The notes beneath the pieces were generated by a model that saw only the letters and a list, made by a program, of their open reading frames with translations, was not told where the DNA came from and did not search any database. Positions 35,889-46,000 of a stretch of 64,000 bases of DNA are shown here, piece by piece (position 1 is the first letter of the stretch; each line of letters begins with the position of its first letter). A program made the translations under genes and the position numbers. Location: the sequence record NC_042100.1; one strand, written 5' to 3'.

Positions 35889-35967
35889 CATACAGTTACT
35901 TTCAAGTCTATATAACCTAAGTGAATAACAATGGGTTATTCATCAATCAATTAACCTTTAATAAGGA
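35884..35967 (+). repeat. 84-bp promoter/stem-loop/RBS cassette, copy 2
   Basis: Near-identical to 25580-25663. Confidence 0.85.
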
Positions 35968-35975
35968 GCACCACC

Positions 35976-36239
35976 ATGGACTTTCTAAAAGAAAAAGCTA
36001 CTGTTAACGAACTTCGTGTAATCAAAGCGGTTACTGGTCTGGCGATCGGTGGTGTTTCGATTGCGATGAATGAAGAACTACCAGTGGGTAAACTCGCTTG
36101 TACCGCAGCAGGCACCACCATGGCCGTAATGAATACTTCCGAAAGAGACACTCGTGGTTTTTGTCCTCGTGAGAATGCCATCTGGGAAACTGTAGGTAGC
36201 ATTGCGCTCACTACCATCGTTGGAAGACTGTTCTCATAA
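35976..36239 (+). CDS. Small putative membrane protein (87 aa)
   Basis: AAGGAG RBS within the cassette; Gly/Ala/Thr-rich, moderately hydrophobic segments. Confidence 0.75.
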   Translation: MDFLKEKATVNELRVIKAVTGLAIGGVSIAMNEELPVGKLACTAAGTTMAVMNTSERDTRGFCPRENAIWETVGSIALTTIVGRLFS

Positions 36240-36333
36240 ATCTTTAAAAAGGAACTTGTCACGGAAAACTTCATTACAATGGTATCGACTACAGTGAGTA
36301 TTATCACGCTTAAAATAAACAGAATGCAGAAAA

Positions 36334-36362
36334 CCTCCTACTACCCAATGGGTAGTAGGAGG
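36334..36362. terminator. Bidirectional intrinsic terminator
   Basis: CCTCCTACTACCC-AAT-GGGTAGTAGGAGG between convergent genes. Confidence 0.85.
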
Positions 36363-36396
36363 AACCTTTCAGTTTATTTTTTTTTCATTCAGGTTA

Positions 36397-37296
36397 TTAA
36401 ACCATCGCGTTTTTGTTCTTCACTTGAGAAGCACGGTCTTTCATCTGCTCCATGATACCAACATCACGAAGAGACTCTAGTACTGCTGTGCGGTCTTTAA
36501 ACCCAGCAGGGATAGACGCGCCGATGTTGTTGTACAACGGAAGCTTCTTCAAGAAAGTACGAGCTACTTCGCGAACAGCCAAAGTGTCGAATTCAGTCAA
36601 ACCAGTGTACTCTTGGTTGATCTCACGAATTTGACCAGCTTCGTCTTTGTTACGACGAATACCAACTTCTACTGTGGAGCGAGGCATCACGGCCATGGTG
36701 ATAGCCGCATGTGCAATATCACGCATGTTTTCAGTGGTGTTGAACATCAACAGCGTTGCTGAACGTTCATCGATTAGTAGATCGCCCGGATCATCCAGAA
36801 CCACTGCACGAGGTGCACCGATGTCAGTATCGTGACCTGCCCACTTCACCCAGATAGAGTGTAGGTTGGTAAACACTTCACCAGCAACATCATTACCTTG
36901 GAATGAAATTGGACCTAGGGTACGAGTACCACCAGTCGGTACGCTTAGCGTACGACCAGACCAACGAACGTCACCGAACTCGAGTTCAGTACGATCTGTT
37001 GGACCTTGCCATGTACGAGCACGAGTTTCGAACCACGCCTTCGTTAGGGCATGTAGGTAGTTACCCGCTGGAAGGCGACTAAATACCGACGGGGTTGACA
37101 TTACGAAACACCAACCCTGTTGATCGATATGTGGGTGCTCACTGACGTAAGCGTATGAATCAGGCGCAAAGCCGTACTGACCACCTTGTGTACCATCCAA
37201 CGTAGGACGATTGTCACGGTCGGTGTTGGTAAAGAAGGCAGACGATTCAGACAATAGGGTTTTATTACCGCGATGCGGTTGGTTAGAAGTAGACAT
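36397..37296 (-). CDS. Tail tube protein (phiKZ gp30-like), 299 aa
   Basis: Directly downstream of the sheath gene; size and position fit; the assignment relies on synteny. Confidence 0.75.
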   Translation of the reverse strand: MSTSNQPHRGNKTLLSESSAFFTNTDRDNRPTLDGTQGGQYGFAPDSYAYVSEHPHIDQQGWCFVMSTPSVFSRLPAGNYLHALTKAWFETRARTWQGPTDRTELEFGDVRWSGRTLSVPTGGTRTLGPISFQGNDVAGEVFTNLHSIWVKWAGHDTDIGAPRAVVLDDPGDLLIDERSATLLMFNTTENMRDIAHAAITMAVMPRSTVEVGIRRNKDEAGQIREINQEYTGLTEFDTLAVREVARTFLKKLPLYNNIGASIPAGFKDRTAVLESLRDVGIMEQMKDRASQVKNKNAMV

Positions 37297-37300
37297 CTAT

Positions 37301-39436
37301 TTACCCCTCAGCTGAGTCTTGCTCGTTGCGTGCAACGAGAGACATGTCCATCATGTACTTGCCTTTACGGAACTCGACGTAACCCGTCACGTAAAGAACA
37401 GAACGAGAATCAGCAGCACCTTCGTTGTACGTTGGTTCCACCACTAGACTTTCGAACATAGTACCCAAGTTTTTACGACATTGAGTCTCAGCACGATCTT
37501 TCACGATTGCAGCGTATTCTTCTGCGGTGATGGTCGTGTCACCTGAAACCAGTGTCCAAGTATCTGCGATGATCTTCTCAACGTTTACCGCTGTGAATAC
37601 CGTGGTCCAGTCCTTAAGAACTGAATCTTGGTAAGGGTAAACAGTAGGAAGAGCAGGACGGTACAGTTGTTCTTGGTTGTAAGGACGAAGTGTACAAGCG
37701 CCGTTATCAAAGTTACTTGCTCCGTTAGGATCAGCTTCTAGATCTACCGTTGGATCGTACATGGTAGTTAGAAGACGGTTATCCGCGTGATCTGGAGAAT
37801 TCGCTTTCAGTAACTGACCTTGAGCGTTTCCGCCGAATCGAGCCATAGCGGTGGCAAGGTCCAGTACGTGGGAGAAACGCTCACCAGACTCTTCGTTGAT
37901 CTTAGCCATTTCCCACATTGCAATCATCGCACGACATGCAGGTGTACCGTATTTCTCTGATTCAGGGATCAGACGAAGACGGTTAGTGATGTACGTTTGA
38001 CGAGAGTAATGCTCTTCGATAGTTGCTTTCTTCAACCATTCGGATGAAGCAAAGATCGCTGTGTGATCTTTACGCGTTGCAAGCAGTTGGATTAGTTCGT
38101 CAACAATCTCTGAGTTGAAACCAACATCAAAGATAATAGACTGACGGTTACGAGTCCAGTCTAGGATTTCTAGAGACTTACGGTATTTCATGATATCCGC
38201 AAGTACCAATGCTTGTGTTACCGCCCATGCGTCTTTACGGTTCAATTCTTCAATTGGACCTTTAGACTCATCGAAGTTGTACTCACGAGATAGCGTCACA
38301 CCTTCAGGTACTTCCATCTTATCCGTTAGGAATGGAGAGATACCACCTTTAGCGTTCAGCTGAGCACCCATGTTGAACAAACGAGTCGGCGCATCGATCT
38401 CGATTGCGTAGTATGGAACGCCTTCGTGGTTAACCGCAGTTAACGGGTTCATTTGTTTGTAAGGCTTAACGCCTTCCAAGTAAACCAAGTTATCTGGGTG
38501 AGCCGCTTCTTCTACCGCGTAAAGTTCTTTACAAAGAGCTTCGATAGACTCGTGGTAAACGTGTGCTTCGTAGAACGGAGCAGAACGCGGAGTCATCGGA
38601 CGGTTAGCCGTTGCACCAGTGTACGCACCAATCGCTTCTTTAACACCGTAGCGAACATTGTTAGCGCGGGTGTCAAATAACGTGAACGTCACTTCTTCAG
38701 TGTTGTTCAACGTCTTAGCTAGTACAGGAACACCTTGTGTGGTTTTCTCGTACAACTTCATATTGAACGGGAAGACACCAAACTGGTTAACGAACTCTGA
38801 AATGTTACCAAAGTCAGCTGAGTTAGAAATACCTGCAAAGTGACCCATGCGGTTGTAAGCGTCACCGATACCTGCTGGTAGTTCGTAAAGCGGGTAGATG
38901 GTGAAAGAATCATCCGGTCCAGAACCTTCACCAGTGATCGGCTTAAGACCTTTATAGTCTTCGTCCGTGGTGTCGATTAGCATCGGAGTGATTTTGATAC
39001 CCGGAAGGGTTAGGTCACCGCTATCTACAGGAACACGCGCACCAGACTCATCTAGGATGAACTGTTTAGATGCATCACGTTTGTACTGGTCGATGTCACC
39101 TTTAACCACTTTCACACCAACTGCTACACGAGCAATTTTTTGGTTAGCAGTTAGACGACGAACACCGAATGACGCTTGACCACCACTCGATAAAGAATGG
39201 ATTAACGCAGCAATAGGGTTGTAGTACGGTCCATCAGTATCTTGGACGTCTCCGTAAAGACTACCAAAATCACTCATGTTAATGTACTTCTGTCCGAGAA
39301 CGCCCTTAGGTGTAACCAAACTAATAACTGGGAAGTTACAAGGATAGGTAGCGAGCTGAGGAACCACGACAAGTCGTGAATCATCACCGATACCTTGGTT
39401 ACGGACTTGTCCCGGAACAATAGATGTAATGGACAT
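37301..39436 (-). CDS. Contractile tail sheath protein (phiKZ gp29-like), 711 aa
   Basis: Size; N-terminal PGQVRNQGIGDDS and C-terminal sheath-like region; divergent from the baseplate operon as in phiKZ. Confidence 0.8.
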   Translation of the reverse strand: MSITSIVPGQVRNQGIGDDSRLVVVPQLATYPCNFPVISLVTPKGVLGQKYINMSDFGSLYGDVQDTDGPYYNPIAALIHSLSSGGQASFGVRRLTANQKIARVAVGVKVVKGDIDQYKRDASKQFILDESGARVPVDSGDLTLPGIKITPMLIDTTDEDYKGLKPITGEGSGPDDSFTIYPLYELPAGIGDAYNRMGHFAGISNSADFGNISEFVNQFGVFPFNMKLYEKTTQGVPVLAKTLNNTEEVTFTLFDTRANNVRYGVKEAIGAYTGATANRPMTPRSAPFYEAHVYHESIEALCKELYAVEEAAHPDNLVYLEGVKPYKQMNPLTAVNHEGVPYYAIEIDAPTRLFNMGAQLNAKGGISPFLTDKMEVPEGVTLSREYNFDESKGPIEELNRKDAWAVTQALVLADIMKYRKSLEILDWTRNRQSIIFDVGFNSEIVDELIQLLATRKDHTAIFASSEWLKKATIEEHYSRQTYITNRLRLIPESEKYGTPACRAMIAMWEMAKINEESGERFSHVLDLATAMARFGGNAQGQLLKANSPDHADNRLLTTMYDPTVDLEADPNGASNFDNGACTLRPYNQEQLYRPALPTVYPYQDSVLKDWTTVFTAVNVEKIIADTWTLVSGDTTITAEEYAAIVKDRAETQCRKNLGTMFESLVVEPTYNEGAADSRSVLYVTGYVEFRKGKYMMDMSLVARNEQDSAEG

Positions 39437-39581
39437 AAATAACTCCGTTGGTTATTGTTGTTAAGTACAAGTTTTTTGATCAAAAAACTCACTTCCCATC
39501 AATCGTATGACAGGAAAATGCTGTCTTATAACTGAAACGTAGAAAGTAAGTTTCTACATAGGATTCAATACGGAGATTATC

Positions 39582-40460
39582 ATGTTTTCTAATGCTTACG
39601 ACACTTACGTGGGTAAACCATTAGCGCACCTCGACCACGTTCCTACTACGCTAAAGCGTTTAGCCTTAATTAAGGACTTGGTAGATCTCGGCGACGGTGT
39701 GCACACTATTACCCACAACAATGGTCAAGGTATCCCTTTCCTTAACTTCCCTCTTTCTATGGTAGGTATCGATCGTAAACCTATCACTGTCATGGACGAC
39801 CGTCCGTATACCAACAAAAATGGTGCAGTCACTAATAACGCAGAGCGTACGGCGTTGTTAATCACCTCATACGTTCAGCAAGATTTGATCACCGGTAACA
39901 TGAGTGTGATCCGCAGTACTTCAGGCGTGATTGCTCGTGCACTGGCTCGTTCTTGGGGTTCTCAAATTATTCGCCAATCGGGATTAGAAGAAGACAAAGC
40001 CCTAACCATTTACATCATTTTGTTCCATTACTACAACTGTTTGATTAATGCGGATGAAGGTGATCTAGTTTTTGTTACTCAGAATATGTGTCAACAATCA
40101 ATGGGTATCCCTCGAGAGCGTAGTTTAGAAGTACTGGAACAAGTTGGTTACATTAACTCTCTTTCTTTATTACGCGATGCTTTGGTTAACTACCCGGGTA
40201 TGTACAAGTTGAAGAACTTACAACTTAAAGATCTTATCGCCTTAGGTCAACGCATCTGGTATTCAGCAACAGGTAAGCAAATTGTTGGCGCGGGTCTAGA
40301 GCACCCACCATTGTTGATCGGAATGTGTGCGGCGACCGTAGCGAATAAAAACGCTTATGGTAAAACGCCACTCGGCATGCAACTAGATCCTAAGTTCAAC
40401 GAAAAAGGTAATCGTTCATTGATGATGACCATCACTAACTCTTACCCTATCATCCTTTAA
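39582..40460 (+). CDS. Virion structural protein (phiKZ gp28-like by synteny), 292 aa
   Basis: GGAG RBS; first gene of the operon divergent from the sheath. Confidence 0.6.
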   Translation: MFSNAYDTYVGKPLAHLDHVPTTLKRLALIKDLVDLGDGVHTITHNNGQGIPFLNFPLSMVGIDRKPITVMDDRPYTNKNGAVTNNAERTALLITSYVQQDLITGNMSVIRSTSGVIARALARSWGSQIIRQSGLEEDKALTIYIILFHYYNCLINADEGDLVFVTQNMCQQSMGIPRERSLEVLEQVGYINSLSLLRDALVNYPGMYKLKNLQLKDLIALGQRIWYSATGKQIVGAGLEHPPLLIGMCAATVANKNAYGKTPLGMQLDPKFNEKGNRSLMMTITNSYPIIL

Positions 40461-40484
40461 CCATTTCCACGTCAAGGGGTCTTT

Positions 40485-43067
40485 ATGACAGCCAATAACT
40501 ACAGCAGCCCCTTAGCACGTTATGCCATTAAAGAGATGTACTCTAATCCCGGGGTGGCTCGTCAGTTCCAATTACAGCTGACTCAAGTCTCCCCGGACGT
40601 AGGGTATATAGACGTTTTCCAATTCATGGGACGTTACATCAAAACACCGATAGAAAGAGAATATTTTTTAATGTTTAACATGGCGGGCTTTGACGGCTCG
40701 ACATGGAACTTTCAAGATCTACTCACACGAGTGGATCCGGTGAACGAATGGATAAACGTAGCCAAGATCTGTAAAGACCGAGGAATGATCATTGATATCT
40801 ACGGAGACGACGGTCGTTTATATCCTCGAGACAAATGCTGGGTGATGTCCACTTACGATGGTCAACACATCCTCGCTATTCAAAAACTGCAAGCCTTTAA
40901 GTACGGTTGGGAGAATGCCCGCTACTTACATTGTTATACCGTTCAAACAGAACTGTACGACCCGGTGAGTAACCCTGATCAAACAGACTGGCCTCGCTTT
41001 ACTTCAAACAACGGGAATACCGCTGAAGAAAAAGATCGGATGAAGATCATTTACAGTGAGTATAAAAAACTTCCCGGACTCACATCAGTATACCTTAATG
41101 GGTATCTGTGGGATGGGTTTCCTGCCGATAGTTTGTTGTTGGGATTTGAAACCATAGAAATCACTAACGACCCAAGCGTTTGGAAAACCGAGCTGTACGA
41201 GGTAGATAGTTTAAATAACTTCTACTCGGAACGCGACGAAACTCGTAAGCTGATTGTTCATCCTAAAAAGGTGGAAGGGGATTTCTCCTATCGTTATGTG
41301 ACCGATGTTTCTTTTTATTTGGTTGACAAAAATGGGCGCGGTATTTATCTTCACCGGAATCGTGCATCTAACTTCCGACAACTCACTCATTGTGATTATT
41401 CAGTAGACGCGACGTTAGTGGACGACATGGGTAACTTAGAGGATATGTTGAAAAACGAAACTCGTTATCTTCGTCTGGTTTACCGTAAAAACGATTACGC
41501 TCAGGAGATACAGTACGAGTCCAGTGGTGTCCGTTATTTATACCGAATGAACGATGACGGGATCATGGGGGCGTTGATTGGGATCAACTCTACCATGAAA
41601 GAATGGTCAGCTCGTGAATTGGAAAACGCAGAAACGAACTTGTATTTAGATCGTAGCTACGGGGACTTAACACACGAACAGGCAGTGGATGCTGTTGGTT
41701 ACAACCGAGCCACCCAAGTGTTATGCGGGACACCATTCACTTATGACCCGGAATCGGGGATGGAGTTGGACGTCCCTCCAGCGTGTCGCGAACATCTCAC
41801 CATGTTTGAATACGATCAAGATGGGTTGTTCCTGAGAATGCGTAACTTTGAAAAGATCCGTCACGTGCTTCCTACGAATGACGCCCACTTGGTTGAGTTC
41901 TATCCCGGGAAACCGGGGTTACGCGTTCACATGGATATTGGTAGAGACCCAATGGTGGTTGATAAGGAAACCACCCCACGCTTCTATTATCAGAAAGTAA
42001 CAACGGAAGGTAACTTGGTCGGAGAACGTTTCCGTGCTGTTGAAGGTGAGCATTACACGTTTGATCGCATCACTGGTAAGGTGGTTTGGCTATTACCGAG
42101 TTCAATGTTCATTGGGATGATTTTGTATAATGACCAAACGTTATACAAAGAGTTCACTTTGGACCACATTGATAATTCATTGTCTTTCAGTGTGACCGAA
42201 GAATGGGCACAAGGCGGTATGCTGACTGATGTTGCTCCGGCTAACATTATGGTGATCATGAACCGACATTCCTTAATTGAGAACGTCGACTACGTAGTAC
42301 GCTTCCCTCACATTTACATCGTTAACCACCAGTACTTAAAAGCTGATGGTAATGACTTTGTTCTTTATTGCAGTGAGTGGAGTCCGGTGGGTGAAACGGA
42401 ACCATTGGAACAGACTGAACTCGGTTACGTCATGGGTGGTGTGATTGGTCATAACACACGTTACAACTTACGTGAAGACCGTGTTACCCGCACGACCATC
42501 GGTGGTAAGGTTTGGGATCCTAGCAAAGTTCCTGCGGCGGAACATCACGCTCCGAGTGAACTACTTAACCCGTATAACGGTTTACCTTATGGGGTTAAGC
42601 ACTGGTACCTTCCTCTTCGTAATTGGGTTCCTTACGACTTAACAGCAGGATGGGAAGAAGCACGAGACCAAGATAAACGGATGAGTGATTACTTAACGTT
42701 ATTTGCTCGTAAACCTGAACCTCAGGTTATCCCGTCATTGATGGACAAGTACCGAGTATTCAGTCCGTTTATGAATGCAGTGGTCAACCAACTACTTTTA
42801 GGTATTATTCAACTGGATGACCTACCTCCGGGCGAATCTTACTCTGAAGACTATGTATTACGGAAGACGGCAAGTTTCCAATGGTTATTAGAGCACGACC
42901 CTGTAACTCGCGAATACGATCGACGTTACTTTGCGATATTCCCTTACGTTCAACAAACCTTAGTGGCAGTGTCTCCTAAGGAACTCATCTTTATCCAAAG
43001 AGTTAATGAGATTTTCTTACAGAGTCGAGTTAACACGAATGGACACTTCGAGGTTAAACATGTTTGA
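40485..43067 (+). CDS. Baseplate structural protein (phiKZ gp27-like), 860 aa
   Basis: Size and synteny. Confidence 0.65.
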   Translation: MTANNYSSPLARYAIKEMYSNPGVARQFQLQLTQVSPDVGYIDVFQFMGRYIKTPIEREYFLMFNMAGFDGSTWNFQDLLTRVDPVNEWINVAKICKDRGMIIDIYGDDGRLYPRDKCWVMSTYDGQHILAIQKLQAFKYGWENARYLHCYTVQTELYDPVSNPDQTDWPRFTSNNGNTAEEKDRMKIIYSEYKKLPGLTSVYLNGYLWDGFPADSLLLGFETIEITNDPSVWKTELYEVDSLNNFYSERDETRKLIVHPKKVEGDFSYRYVTDVSFYLVDKNGRGIYLHRNRASNFRQLTHCDYSVDATLVDDMGNLEDMLKNETRYLRLVYRKNDYAQEIQYESSGVRYLYRMNDDGIMGALIGINSTMKEWSARELENAETNLYLDRSYGDLTHEQAVDAVGYNRATQVLCGTPFTYDPESGMELDVPPACREHLTMFEYDQDGLFLRMRNFEKIRHVLPTNDAHLVEFYPGKPGLRVHMDIGRDPMVVDKETTPRFYYQKVTTEGNLVGERFRAVEGEHYTFDRITGKVVWLLPSSMFIGMILYNDQTLYKEFTLDHIDNSLSFSVTEEWAQGGMLTDVAPANIMVIMNRHSLIENVDYVVRFPHIYIVNHQYLKADGNDFVLYCSEWSPVGETEPLEQTELGYVMGGVIGHNTRYNLREDRVTRTTIGGKVWDPSKVPAAEHHAPSELLNPYNGLPYGVKHWYLPLRNWVPYDLTAGWEEARDQDKRMSDYLTLFARKPEPQVIPSLMDKYRVFSPFMNAVVNQLLLGIIQLDDLPPGESYSEDYVLRKTASFQWLLEHDPVTREYDRRYFAIFPYVQQTLVAVSPKELIFIQRVNEIFLQSRVNTNGHFEVKHV

Positions 43068-46000
43068 GAAAGATTTAAAAAGTCCGTCTCAGTCAAGCGT
43101 CATTCCGGGGGCTGGTCCACAGCTCCCTAATGAAAATGACCGTGGACGTCTTCACTATATTTGGGATATTTACGATCCTGATACCGTGAGGCCGGGCGAA
43201 GCACATCGTTATGTGGTTCCCCGAGAAAAAGAAATGGTGTTCGATCCTGAGGCTCAACAAATGTACATGGTCACCCATGTTAATTGGGAATCGGATCTAA
43301 AATCAACACTCCAACCTATCTTTAACACTGGGGACGGTGGTAATGACGTTGATGGCATCTTTGGTCTACCTTCTGGGTTCCAAGGTGAAGCCATCGTTGC
43401 GATCGACTACTCCGTCCGTCCTAACCGTGCGGTTATTGATGGTCAAGTCATGGCACCGGGTGCGGCTTACGCACTACTTTACGAAGGTAACACCGTTGGC
43501 GACAAAGGTAAGGTTATCTCGGTAGTCTATTCTAACAACAACCAGTTGGTTTCAGACCGAGTACCCGTCACATTGGCAGCGTATCATGAACTCTCTAATA
43601 AAGAGATTATGATCACACAGCCTTTCTCAGTGAACCGTAACCCGGACGAACTACCTGATGGTTCACGCACTACCCTAGTTTGGTATGATGCTAAAGGTAA
43701 CGTGATTCCTAAAGCACGTACATTGACCGTTCAACACACGTCAATGTTACGTGACCACCAAGTGGGTAAACGTTACATTAAACACGTTGAACTACTTGCT
43801 CCTTGGTTCCTGAACACCAGTGATCCGAAAACATTGAACGTTCCAGTTAACACCATGTTACAGAACCTAGCATTCCGTGCAATGGTTCACTACAGTGATG
43901 GCTCTCGTTCAGATGAATTGGCGATCGATGGTCAGAAAGTACAATTACTGGGCTTGAATGAACACAAGCCATCCACTCCGAGTCAACGTGGGACATTAAC
44001 CCTAGTTTACAACTTGGACCCAGATGAGCACATCTACGAAGCACAGCCGGGTAATCCTAACCAATACCGCAGTTCTTACTGGTTACTGGCAGTACCGTTT
44101 GATGGCGCTTATTCACCTAAGCTTTACTCTTACCCTACTTGGGTAAACGGTCAGTATATCCTGAAACATTTCCTGACCGACTTAGATCGTAAGTTCATGA
44201 TTGATGCCACCGATCACGTTCGTATTAACGAAATGTCACCGGCCTTCCGTCCTACCACTTACGGTGTAGAACAAACACTGGAGTTGAACTGTCGACTCAG
44301 TGATGTGGTTCCGACCTTTAAGCCTATGATCATGCGTCAATCGACCACGTTCGTCCTTAAGGCACCGGGTACAGAAGACGGGAGTAAGTTTGATGTTCGT
44401 TATTCTTACGATCGTTCCTCTTACTCTGACCCAACGTTCAAAGCAATCAACCAAGCGGATAGTCGTCAGGAAATCACCTTTGGTGGCGAGTACGATGACT
44501 TGGAAGATTTCTTAGACCAAGTCTACCGTGCTGTAGAGCCGGGCTTTAATCCACAGCGTGAGAAAGGTCCGATAGAACCAACCCACTTTGAAATCTTAGC
44601 GACGTCTGGTAAGACGTACGAGTACGAAATCAGTCGCTACGCTGAGAAAATGTGGTTGGACGTCCAAGAGCCTCAAGGTCGCACAATCTACGTTCGCTGG
44701 ATACACGAGTCCATTCAAGGTGATCGTTTAATCCTAGCTACCACGGGTGTCTCTATTGACGTCACTGAAGGTCCGGACACTGAAACACCAGTACCAACCA
44801 CTATCGAGTTTGATACCTCGGTACCTAACAGCATCGGCGAACTTCAGATGATCGAGTTCTCTGGTCGTGTTTATGATCAGAAAGGTGCGTTGGTGACCGA
44901 CGGTCTGACTAAGATGTTGGTGAAAGGTGGTGTGCAACACGACACAACGCCTCGTAAGGTCGACATTGGTTTAGATGGTACATTCCGTTTCTTCACATGG
45001 TCAGAACGTGTGAGTGGCGCAACGGAAACGTTTGAGTTTGATTTTGAAGTAGCGGGTGAACTTCCGGATTACTTCTTAACTAAAGACATTCGTATTACGT
45101 CTAACCCGGAACAGCAAATTGGTGAGTTCTTCCCGTATACTCCTACTAAAGTGAGTATCAACAAAGCAGGTCGTGCTTACGGTCAATTGTTGAACAGTGA
45201 AGGTCAACCTCTGCGTGATACCGAGTTCTTCTCTTACATGGATGATGATCTGGATTCTATCCGACGTGAAACGACCGATGAAACAGGTAAGTTCTTACTT
45301 ACTCGTATCCGTAAAGAAGGACAAGATCGCACTACCTTTAAACTGGTTGTGATGGGTAATCGTCATGAACACCTAATCCGTTGGGTAGAAACTGAGCCTT
45401 ACGGTGACCGTATCACCTTAGACGTGGAAGACATGTCTTTTGTTGGCAACGAACCTTTATCTGTAAAAGGTTTGGTCTATGACCAATACGGTGATTTGGT
45501 TGACGGTGTTAAGGTTAACATCGGTTACGGTCCATTATGGCAACCTTACGCGGATGCTAATACTGCTAACGCGGGTAAATACGAACTGACGGGTTCTCCT
45601 AAAGAACCGGGTGATGTATACCAAGTGGTAGTGTGGACTGATAACAGTTTTGCCTTTGGTAACGTTGAGTGGACAGAAGCACCTAAGATCGCTCATGACG
45701 TTGTAATGAGTCCTGATAACGTCCCTGAAGCGCCGGCGGGTACGAGTGTTCGTATCGCAGGTCAATTAGTGGATGAAGAAGGTAACAACTTCACAAGTGA
45801 TAGCCGTACTCCGGTTTACATGAAAGAGCTGAAAGACGCGGACGAGACGATCATCTACGCTGGTTTCGATGGGCGCTTTGAAGCAGAAGTTGGACCTTAC
45901 GGTGACTGGGAAGAAACCACCTTTACGTTCCGTCTGGAAAACGGCAATCAAGGTAGTCACAGCATTCGTTGGATGGGTGAACCACCACGTCTTGCGAAGA

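Noticed and set aside
39500-39565. phiKZ-type late-promoter TATG on both strands between sheath and baseplate operons (39506 +, 39557 -), also at 58545
   Set aside because: A 4-mer is expected by chance in AT-rich intergenic DNA and cannot be supported without TSS data.
40595-40615. Minus-strand CTATAT-7nt-GT match inside the baseplate gene
   Set aside because: It lacks the WAY trinucleotide and the upstream T box and lies within a coding region; probably chance.
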